This document shows positions 56,782-64,000 of a stretch of DNA of 64,000 nt, piece after piece; position 1 is the first letter of the stretch, and the number at the start of each line of letters is the position of its first letter. The notes under the pieces were generated by a model that did not search any database, was not told the origin of the DNA, and saw only the letters and a list, made by a program, of their open reading frames with translations. Made by a program: the position numbers and the translations under genes. Source of the stretch: Candidatus Latescibacterota bacterium (GTDB lineage: Bacteria; Latescibacterota; UBA2968; GCA-2709665). The stretch is taken from contig CAXXXF010000015.1 of the NCBI GenBank assembly GCA_963667175.2, forward strand, positions 416,001 to 480,000. The letters are read 5' to 3'.

Positions 56782-57702
56782 TCAGCGCTCCTCTATGGTT
56801 CCCGTCGACCTGAAGAATTCCCTCAACCCTTCCATCTCCTCGTCGCCCAGCGAATAGTACGGCTTCCGGCGCCAGCGCCCGGCCACGCCGAAGATCTCCA
56901 TCGCTCCGTGGAAACCGGCGTTCCACCCGCCGGTCAGCGTGCCGATGTAGTCGAAGAACGGCATGTCGTAGTCCCGGATGATCCGGCGCGCCGTCTCCAG
57001 GTCATTTTTCTCGATCGCGCGCCAGTACCGTCGCGCGATTTCGGGCTTGAACGTGATATACGACGACATATAGCCGTCGCAACCGTACGGCCACATATTC
57101 ATGTGGTTCACCTTCTGTCCTCCGGCAAACACGGCCACCCGCTCGTGGGCGACCAGGCACAATCGCCGCGCGAAGTCCCCGCATACGTCGTCCTTGACGG
57201 CCACCACGTTCTCGAAACGGTCCAGCGTTTTGTCGATCACCTCCAGCCCGAACGCCGGCCCTCGGGCCGAGAACGCCCCCGTTACGATCATCACGGGCAT
57301 CGTGCGCGACACCTCGCCGTAGTGTTCCACCAGCGTCTCGACGGTACTGGAAGCTCCCCAGGCCGGAGGAAGCGCCATCAGCACGTCGGCGCCCAGTCCT
57401 TCCGCGAACGATGCGAACCCAACCGAACGCCGCGTATCGTAATATCGGTCCGCCGCCACCACCATTCCCCGGCCGGCGGTATGCTCGCACGCCACCCTCG
57501 TCACCTCGGCGATTTCCGCTTCGGACATACAGATATAGTGGCTGTCCCCGGCCGTCAGCAGTACGGTGCGGCTGCCTCCCGCCAGCACGAAATCGATCTG
57601 ATGGCGCAGCCCGTCGTAGTCCACGCCGCCATCTTCGTTGAACGGCGTCGCGATCGACGAAATGATGCCCGTCAGGTGCGCTCGAACCTCGTCGCGATCC
57701 AT
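56782..57702 (-). CDS. Dihydrodipicolinate synthase / N-acetylneuraminate lyase family protein
   Basis: TPFNEDG.VDY, GADVLM..PP, NVVAVKD. Confidence 0.85.
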   Translation of the reverse strand: MDRDEVRAHLTGIISSIATPFNEDGGVDYDGLRHQIDFVLAGGSRTVLLTAGDSHYICMSEAEIAEVTRVACEHTAGRGMVVAADRYYDTRRSVGFASFAEGLGADVLMALPPAWGASSTVETLVEHYGEVSRTMPVMIVTGAFSARGPAFGLEVIDKTLDRFENVVAVKDDVCGDFARRLCLVAHERVAVFAGGQKVNHMNMWPYGCDGYMSSYITFKPEIARRYWRAIEKNDLETARRIIRDYDMPFFDYIGTLTGGWNAGFHGAMEIFGVAGRWRRKPYYSLGDEEMEGLREFFRSTGTIEER

Positions 57703-57811
57703 AGAAAAACCCCTGGGTGAGAAGGAAGACGCAAAGAAGAACGAAATTCAGATCACACGGAGACACAAAGGCACAATGAAAACCAAGGGGTAAGATTCGG
57801 AACACCGTTCA

Positions 57812-57839
57812 GGCGGGCAACCACAAGGGTTGCCCCTAC
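57812..57839. repeat. GTAGGGGC-type REP-like hairpin (reverse orientation)
   Basis: Reverse complement GTAGGGGCAACCCTTGTGGTTGCCCGCC. Confidence 0.65.
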
Positions 57840-57990
57840 GAATCAGCGGTCAGCATTCGGCCGTCAGCTTGAGTCAAAACCAACCAATTGACGTCAACGC
57901 CATGATTTAGCAGGACCGGAAGAGGCGTTTCGCGGGAAAGATTCGCTCGCTCCGGAAACCTTTCCCCTGGCGCGGTCTCCCCCGGCCGAT

Positions 57991-58398
57991 CTATGGCCTG
58001 ACGTCAAACCCCATCTGCCGGAAGTGATGGTCCAACGTCAACACACGGCTTATTTGCAGTTCCCGCATGAGGACGAAGCTGCAGCAGTCAGTGAAGGAGA
58101 ATTCCTTGTCCCGGTATCCGAAGAAGAGTGCGCGGGCACGTTCTCTTCTCGACGCATCGATCGACTCGATCCTCAGGCGGGATGACCCTTCGATCTGCAC
58201 CCACCAGGCCTCAGCGGCATCGAGACCAAGTCGGGACCGGATGGTTGTCAGCGTCTCGTCGATGACGTAGTCGGACGTCGTCAGCAGACCCCCCGACGAC
58301 AGCCAGTGGTCGCGGGTTTCCCTGACTGCCGACCCCTTCGCATCGCGGCTGTCGGCGGCCGCGACCCATCCCGCGGTATCCACGAACATCTCTTTCAC
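57991..58398 (-). CDS. vapC: VapC-family PIN toxin
   Basis: FVDTAGW, YVIDET, SFTDCCSF, LTLDHHF...GF. Confidence 0.9.
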   Translation of the reverse strand: MKEMFVDTAGWVAAADSRDAKGSAVRETRDHWLSSGGLLTTSDYVIDETLTTIRSRLGLDAAEAWWVQIEGSSRLRIESIDASRRERARALFFGYRDKEFSFTDCCSFVLMRELQISRVLTLDHHFRQMGFDVRP

Positions 58399-58640
58399 TG
58401 GTACAACACCTCGTCATGCCGCTCGGCGACGTCGCCCGATTCCGACGCACCGACGGGAGGCGCCTGGTAAAGGGGATCCGCCTCGAGTGGTGTGCTTCCC
58501 CGTGGCGGACTGCCGACGGGGACGATGTCGAAAGCAGGCCGACTGCGATAGAGAACGGTAAATCGTTCTCCGTGCCGCACCTTCGCGACAACCTCTTTTA
58601 GCCGCGCGCGGAGCTGTTTGGCATTGATTATCTCTGGCAT
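58395..58640 (-). CDS. Phd/YefM-family antitoxin
   Basis: INAKQLRARL..V...V..GERFTV.YRSRP; 4-bp overlap with vapC. Confidence 0.82.
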   Translation of the reverse strand: MPEIINAKQLRARLKEVVAKVRHGERFTVLYRSRPAFDIVPVGSPPRGSTPLEADPLYQAPPVGASESGDVAERHDEVLYQ

Positions 58641-58655
58641 CACGGATCCTTCCTG

Positions 58656-58695
58656 AAGTTAAACTTAAGATAAACTCTTTTGGCGATGAAAGCAA
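58656..58695 (-). promoter_or_regulatory. Putative TA promoter and operator
   Basis: TTGCTT-N17-TATCTT followed directly by palindrome AAGTT-N-AACTT. Confidence 0.5.
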
Positions 58696-58784
58696 GACGG
58701 CAGCGCGCAGGCAACGACGATCAGTCGTCAGTTTTCAGCCGTCAGCAAAGATCATTGGGGAAGAAAATCACGCGGCCGCTCCTC

Positions 58785-59342
58785 CTAATGATGCCCTTCC
58801 CCCGACTCGCCGTCCACGTCCTTGCCATGCTTTTTCTTCCCTTCGCCGCGTTCGTCCACGTTCTCCCCGTGCCCGCCCTTGCTCGGTCCTCCGATGCGTA
58901 ATACGTGCCCATCGACGTCGGCGACCAGCATCTCCCGTGCCCCCCACGGCCGGTCCACGGGTTTCTGCCTGATATCCGCCCCCGCCCGAGCGTACTTCTC
59001 GTGCAGTTCGTCGACGTCGTTGACGCTGTAATAGATCCACACCGGCCGGGCGCCCTGCCCGTTTTCGCTCAGAAAGACGTTGACTTCGCCGTTGGAAATC
59101 GAGGCAAATGTCTTGTCCTCGTCTTCGGCGGGCCAGTCCCAGTCCTTCTTGAAGCCGAGAACGGAGGTGTAGTGCCCGATGCTCGCTTCGATACTCTCGA
59201 CGTTCAGAATCGGGGTGATCGCGGTGAACGCCGTGGATTTGGAAACGGAGTCCGGGCCGTGGCTCTCGTGGGCGAACACGTTGAGACTGACGTTGATGGC
59301 GATTCCTGCAACCAATGCTGCCGCGATTCCGGAACCCTTCAT
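58785..59342 (-). CDS. VOC/glyoxalase-bleomycin resistance family protein with predicted signal peptide
   Basis: PILNV..IEASI.HY..VLGF, DVDELH, PWGAREM.V.D.DGH; AAAGGAG RBS; hydrophobic N-terminus ending VFA. Confidence 0.82.
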   Translation of the reverse strand: MKGSGIAAALVAGIAINVSLNVFAHESHGPDSVSKSTAFTAITPILNVESIEASIGHYTSVLGFKKDWDWPAEDEDKTFASISNGEVNVFLSENGQGARPVWIYYSVNDVDELHEKYARAGADIRQKPVDRPWGAREMLVADVDGHVLRIGGPSKGGHGENVDERGEGKKKHGKDVDGESGEGHH

Positions 59343-59368
59343 GGGTATTCTCCTTTCGAACGAACCTG

Positions 59369-59397
59369 TTGACAACGCATAGGAAACCATGTATATA
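59369..59397 (+). promoter_or_regulatory. sigma70 promoter of the kinase gene
   Basis: TTGACA-N17-TATATA; duplicated at 62019-62047. Confidence 0.7.
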
Positions 59398-59510
59398 TCG
59401 CACGCCGGTCGCTGCGGCGCAAGCCAATAAGGTGCGGATGACGCGTCGGCCGGGAATGAGGACGCATGCGCTGACGGACGTGAACGCGGGACAGCAGGCA
59501 AGGAGACGGC

Positions 59511-61901
59511 ATGCAACAAGGCGGCGAAACCGTCCGCGAAGACGGGAGGACCGTCCGTGAAGATGGAGCTACCGTTCGCGAAGACGGGAGGACCGTTCGC
59601 GAATCGTCCGCGTCTCCGTCCGCCGCCCCCGCGCAGGACACGCAGGCGCCCGGATGGCTGCCCGGCGACCTGGCGGCCGACTACCGCGTGATCGAGTCCC
59701 TGCCCGCGCTAGGCGGCGAAGCCGACCTCTACGTCGTCGAGCCACTCGACGCCGAGGATGACACCCGGCGCGTGGCCAAGGTGTACCGCGAGGGCATGGT
59801 TCCCAAGGAGGACGTGCTCAGGCTCGTCAAGCAGGCCGAGCCGGCCCACGTCGTCCGGCTCGAAGCCTACGGGCAGGACGACGGCGCCGGCCGGTGGTGG
59901 GAACTGATGGAGTACGTCGAGCGGGACAGCTTGCGCCAGTTCCTCGATCGAGAAGGACCGAAGCTCTCCGAAGACCTGATACGCGACATTCTCCGGGAAC
60001 TCAACGACGCGCTGACGGACTTGCACCGGCTGCAGCTGGAACATCGTGACCTGAAGCCAGACAACGTCCTGGTGCGCAGCCTCACGCCGCTCGATCTGGT
60101 GATGAGCGACTTTGGCATCGCCTCGATCGTGGAAGGGCCGATGCACTTTACCGGAAGGATGCAGACGGCGATGTATGCGCCGCCCGAAGCCCTCGGCAGC
60201 CAGGCGGTGGTTGAGCACACCAAGTGGGACTACTGGTCGCTGGGGATGATGCTCGTCGAGATGCTGGAGAAGCATCCCTTCAAGGACGTGGAAGACCAGG
60301 CGATCGGCTACCGACTCGTCGTTGAGGACGTTGATGATCTGACCCGGGAAATCTCCGATCCGGCATGGCGGATGCTGTGCCGGGGGTTGCTGCGGCGCAC
60401 GCCGGAGGCTCGTTGGAACGCCGAGGAGGTCTCGAAGTGGCTTGCCGATCCGAACGATCCGGGCCTACGCGTGGCCGAAGAGGCGCCCGGGTCTCCGCCC
60501 GTTGCCGAGCCGTTGCCGGCCACGATCGACTTCGACGGGGCGCGCTACGCCACGCCGGCGGAACTGGGCGCCGCCCTTGCCGAGGACTGGGGCAAGGCCA
60601 AGTCGTACTGGAAGCGACGGTACCCGGACGTGCGCAACTGGGTGACCGACGAGCTCGGGCTGACGCCCCTCGGCGACGCCCTGGCGGACATCGACGACAG
60701 CGGCATGCCCCTCGATACCCAGGTATTCAACTTCATCTATCACCTGGCGCCCGAAGCGCCGTTGCGCTTCCGCGACGAGCGCCTGACCATGGAGGGCCTC
60801 GCCGCGCTTTGCCGGCGGGCGGCGGTTCAGAAAGACGCAGACGCCCGCGATACGTTGCTGAGGCTGTATCGGCAGGGCATTCTGGTACTGGCCGGTTCGC
60901 TGCCGGACGGGGAACCGCTTGCGGAGGCGCAGCGCCGGTGGGAAGACGCCGTCAACGACTACGAACGCCGGCGCAACGAGGCCGGCGCGCGCGTCGAGGC
61001 GATCCCGGCGCCCAACGAAGGCACCCTCGTGGATCTGCTGGCGGGAAGCCTGCCCGTGCCCGAGGTCGTGGACGCCCTCAGGACGCGGGCGCGCCGCGCC
61101 CGCACGGCGAACGCGCGAAGGTGCCCCTGGTTCGCAAGGCTGGGGAAGCCCGAGAACATGCCGGTCAGCGCTCTGGTCCTGCTTCCCCGCCTTCGGTCGC
61201 AGGCGGAGCGAGTGGGCAGACCCCTCAGGATGCGGCCACTTTACGGTTGCATCGGGGGCGTTATCGCCGGCGGCCTGCTCGGACTGCAGGTCATGTGGGC
61301 GCACGTCATGTTCGTCTTCGATCCCCAACACTACCTCTTCCACCCCGTTGCGACCGTGCTGATATCGGTAGCCGTCACCTTCACGTTCTACGGGGCCTTT
61401 GTCTGGGACATTCGCGGCGTCGCCGCGCGGAGGCGCCGGCAAAGCAATACGGCCGACGCGACGCCGCGCAGCGGGCCCATCGGACGAATGATTGACCGTG
61501 GCGGCGCCGGAATCGGCTGCCTGCTGCTCATTGCGATACCGCTCGCCGCCATATTCGCTCTGGCGTTTTTCGTCTTGCTGTTGGTCGTCACCTCGATTCC
61601 ATCCCTCGTCGCCATGGACGCGATCGGGCTGATCGACTTCGGGCTGGAACACTTTCGCGCTCGACGCTCCATGCCGCTGAGTCTCACCGCCGTATCGACG
61701 CCCGATGGCGGCATGCAAACTGTCTTCAACCCGCTCTTCAACGCAACGTTGTACGTCGCGCCGCATGCGATCCTGGGCGCCCTTGTCGGGAGCTTTGCCC
61801 GCCGGCGGTGGGTCATCGCAGCGTCGATCCTGGTATTCCTCGGGCTGGCCGCGGTCGTCATTATCTCGGATCCCAGGTACGTCGGCGCGATGATAGGGTA
61901 G
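59511..61901 (+). CDS. Hanks-type Ser/Thr protein kinase with C-terminal TM segments
   Basis: GGEADLY, VAKVY, HRDLKPDNVL, DFG, YAPPE, DYWSLG; hydrophobic C-terminus. Confidence 0.92.
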   Translation: MQQGGETVREDGRTVREDGATVREDGRTVRESSASPSAAPAQDTQAPGWLPGDLAADYRVIESLPALGGEADLYVVEPLDAEDDTRRVAKVYREGMVPKEDVLRLVKQAEPAHVVRLEAYGQDDGAGRWWELMEYVERDSLRQFLDREGPKLSEDLIRDILRELNDALTDLHRLQLEHRDLKPDNVLVRSLTPLDLVMSDFGIASIVEGPMHFTGRMQTAMYAPPEALGSQAVVEHTKWDYWSLGMMLVEMLEKHPFKDVEDQAIGYRLVVEDVDDLTREISDPAWRMLCRGLLRRTPEARWNAEEVSKWLADPNDPGLRVAEEAPGSPPVAEPLPATIDFDGARYATPAELGAALAEDWGKAKSYWKRRYPDVRNWVTDELGLTPLGDALADIDDSGMPLDTQVFNFIYHLAPEAPLRFRDERLTMEGLAALCRRAAVQKDADARDTLLRLYRQGILVLAGSLPDGEPLAEAQRRWEDAVNDYERRRNEAGARVEAIPAPNEGTLVDLLAGSLPVPEVVDALRTRARRARTANARRCPWFARLGKPENMPVSALVLLPRLRSQAERVGRPLRMRPLYGCIGGVIAGGLLGLQVMWAHVMFVFDPQHYLFHPVATVLISVAVTFTFYGAFVWDIRGVAARRRRQSNTADATPRSGPIGRMIDRGGAGIGCLLLIAIPLAAIFALAFFVLLLVVTSIPSLVAMDAIGLIDFGLEHFRARRSMPLSLTAVSTPDGGMQTVFNPLFNATLYVAPHAILGALVGSFARRRWVIAASILVFLGLAAVVIISDPRYVGAMIG
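59529..59603 (+). repeat. 21-bp coding tandem repeat (TVREDGx x3.5) in the kinase N-terminus
   Basis: ACCGTCCGCGAAGACGGGAGG and variants. Confidence 0.85.
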
Positions 61902-62018
61902 CGATACCGTTCGCATCCCCTCCCGGAAACACACCCCCAACTGCCCGATTCACGATTCGTCCGGCTCGACCTTCCGCGGAGGCGCAGGGGCTTGCGGCGG
62001 ACCATGTGACCGATCCTG

Positions 62019-62047
62019 TTGACAACGCTGGAAAAACCATGTATATA
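62019..62047 (+). promoter_or_regulatory. sigma70 promoter of the AAA+ gene (copy of the kinase promoter)
   Basis: TTGACA-N17-TATATA inside a ~60-bp block shared with 59365-59421. Confidence 0.7.
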
Positions 62048-62162
62048 TCGCAATCCGGTCGCGGTTGCGCAAGCCGAAGCGTGAACGCGAACCCCGGAGC
62101 AGACGCTGTCGGACCGACCTGCTGAAATCGCGGGGCGGTCCTTAACTTCCTCGAGGGTCAAC

Positions 62163-64000
62163 GTGTCGCAGACAACGGAGTCGAACCAAAACAGTACGCC
62201 GGAACAGACCGGCGATGCGCCCGCCGCAATAGACGCGGACGCGTTTCCCCGGTGGCTGCGCCAGCTGGCGCAGTACCTGCCCATCTGCTCGCATTTCGTG
62301 GTTGAGGGAAACATCCGGGACGTGCACCTGGTCCGCAGCGAGGACGGGCTGCTTCTCCAACCGATCGTCAACTGCCTTTGGGAACTGCTTCGCGAGCAGG
62401 GCTGCGAGGGTATCCTCGTCTACGACCGCGTTTCCGGCTTTCGGGTCTTCCCGAACGACCGGCAGCAAGCGATCGAGCAGAAACTCGGGTCCCCCCTGGA
62501 CCGGCCGCTAAGGAACGAGGAGGATATGCTTGACATGCTTCAGGAGCGGCTCTTCGAAGTCTCGGCCGCTCCCGAACTCTTGTGCGCCGTCGTCGTCGAC
62601 TACGCCTCCAGGATCGCCAGGAGAGCGAGCGACCCGCACGAAGCCGAGTACGACTTCTTCGCCGCGTGCCAGAAACTTGCCGACACCACCCACGAACTGC
62701 GCCGGCCCGACGACGGACAGCTGGTGTTCAATCCCGTCGTGTGGCTGGTTGAACGGTCGAACGATCTGCCCGAGTGGTTCGTCGTCGGAAACGACAGAAT
62801 CCGGACGTTGGTCGCCGATATGCCCGACCAGCAGGCCAGGCTCGCGGTCGCGGAGCGACTGGCCCGCGATCTGCCGGGCGTCGACGCGATGAGCGAGCAG
62901 GACCGTTCGAGCGCAACGGACGTGTTCGCGAACCTCACCGACGGATTGACGGTGCGCGCAATGATGCAGATACGCTCGATCACGCGAAGTCAGAACCTGC
63001 CGTTTGCGCAGATATCAGACGCGATTCGCGCCTACCGGGTGGGCATCACCGACAACCCGTGGCGCCAGACCTATCTGTACGATCGCATCCGGTCCGGCGA
63101 CCGCGAAATCACGGCGTCGGTAAAAGGACAGTCTCAGGCGGTGCAGCAGACGCTCGATATTCTCAAGCGGTCGGTTACGGGCCTGACCGCCGCGCAGGCG
63201 TCGAGCTCGGGCAACAAACCCAGGGGCATCCTGTTTTTCGCGGGACCGACCGGGGTCGGCAAGACGGAACTCGCCAAGGCCGTCACGCGCCTGCTCTTCG
63301 GCGACGAGCAGGCCTATATCCGTTTCGACATGAGCGAGTTTTCCGCGGAGCACTCCGAGGCGCGGCTCATCGGCGCGCCACCGGGATACGTGGGATTCGA
63401 CGCCGGGGGGGAACTGGTCAACGCGGTGCGCCAGCGCCCTTTCTCGGTGGTGCTGTTCGATGAAATCGAAAAGGCCCATCCCCAGATACTGGACAAGTTT
63501 CTGCAGATTCTGGACGACGGACGCCTTACGGACGGACGCGGCGACACCGTGTACTTCTCCGAGACGGTCATCATCTTCACGTCGAACCTGGGGATCTACG
63601 TGCGCAATGAGTCGGGAGAACGCGTTCTGAACGTGTCTCAGGACGACGATTACGCGGAGGTCTCCAGGAGGATACACGAGGCCATACAGGACCACTTCAG
63701 GTTCGAGCTTCAGCGTCCGGAACTGCTGAACCGGATCGGAGACAACATCGTGGTCTTCGACTTCATCCGCCCCGAACTCGCGCACCTGATCATGGACAAG
63801 ATGCTCGGCAACGTGGTCGAGCGGGTGCAGGACGAGCACGACGTGACACTGGAGATTAGCGAGCGGGCGCATGCGACCCTCGTGGAGCAATGCCTGGGCG
63901 ACCTGACCCACGGCGGACGGGGAATCGGGAACCGGTTGGAGACGGTGCTCATCAACCCGCTGGCGCGGGCCCTGTTCGACGTTGAATTGACGGCGGGACA
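62163..64000 (+). CDS. ClpA/B NBD2-like AAA+ ATPase (3' end outside window; missing from the ORF track)
   Basis: Hand translation from GTG 62163: PRWLRQL...HFVVEGNIRD; in-frame FAGPTGVGKTELAK, RFDMSEF, LIGAPPGYVG, LFDEIEKAH, LDDGRLTD, FTSN, RPELLNRI. Confidence 0.88.
   Translation, partial: MSQTTESNQNSTPEQTGDAPAAIDADAFPRWLRQLAQYLPICSHFVVEGNIRDVHLVRSEDGLLLQPIVNCLWELLREQGCEGILVYDRVSGFRVFPNDRQQAIEQKLGSPLDRPLRNEEDMLDMLQERLFEVSAAPELLCAVVVDYASRIARRASDPHEAEYDFFAACQKLADTTHELRRPDDGQLVFNPVVWLVERSNDLPEWFVVGNDRIRTLVADMPDQQARLAVAERLARDLPGVDAMSEQDRSSATDVFANLTDGLTVRAMMQIRSITRSQNLPFAQISDAIRAYRVGITDNPWRQTYLYDRIRSGDREITASVKGQSQAVQQTLDILKRSVTGLTAAQASSSGNKPRGILFFAGPTGVGKTELAKAVTRLLFGDEQAYIRFDMSEFSAEHSEARLIGAPPGYVGFDAGGELVNAVRQRPFSVVLFDEIEKAHPQILDKFLQILDDGRLTDGRGDTVYFSETVIIFTSNLGIYVRNESGERVLNVSQDDDYAEVSRRIHEAIQDHFRFELQRPELLNRIGDNIVVFDFIRPELAHLIMDKMLGNVVERVQDEHDVTLEISERAHATLVEQCLGDLTHGGRGIGNRLETVLINPLARALFDVELTAG

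Noticed and set aside
54354-56813. 819-aa plus-strand ORF and other long antisense ORFs (e.g. 20080-21600, 60465-61940)
   Set aside because: Typical high-GC shadow frames opposite well-supported genes; no recognisable motifs.
1-64000. tRNA, rRNA, riboswitch, integrase or prophage genes
   Set aside because: None recognised by eye; covariance-model searches were not possible, so small ncRNAs cannot be excluded.

Overview
GC-rich bacterial chromosomal window; taxon cannot be determined from sequence alone. 1-2.5 kb: end of a histidine operon (hisD, hisC, hisB). 2.5-30.4 kb: a large surface-glycosylation locus (heptose adenylyltransferase, GT4/GT2 enzymes, nucleotide-sugar dehydrogenase, epimerase and C-methyltransferase, a frameshifted YfhO-like gene, a flippase, GT-C-like and TPR membrane proteins). 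It is interrupted by an AddAB-like nuclease/helicase pair and by an AT-rich methyltransferase island next to a MITE. 30.4-35.0 kb is the most striking feature: a 7-unit tandem array of Rpn (PD-(D/E)xK-type) cassettes. Two units encode full-length Rpn with an internal SD+ATG and five encode only the C-terminal RpnS-like module; every unit has its own promoter and hairpin and carries 3-11 GIE(Q/R) repeats. 35-64 kb: hsp20 with a sigma54 promoter, mazEF, SHMT-like and BNR/sialidase genes, an NYN nuclease + NACHT NTPase pair (candidate defence system), heparinase-like and sugar-acid catabolic genes, an orphan RamAB-like ABC exporter pair, vapBC, and a Ser/Thr kinase + Clp-like AAA+ gene pair with duplicated promoters that runs off the window end. 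Intergenic regions are mosaics of several REP-like palindrome families. All family calls come from motif recognition by eye; no searches were run.
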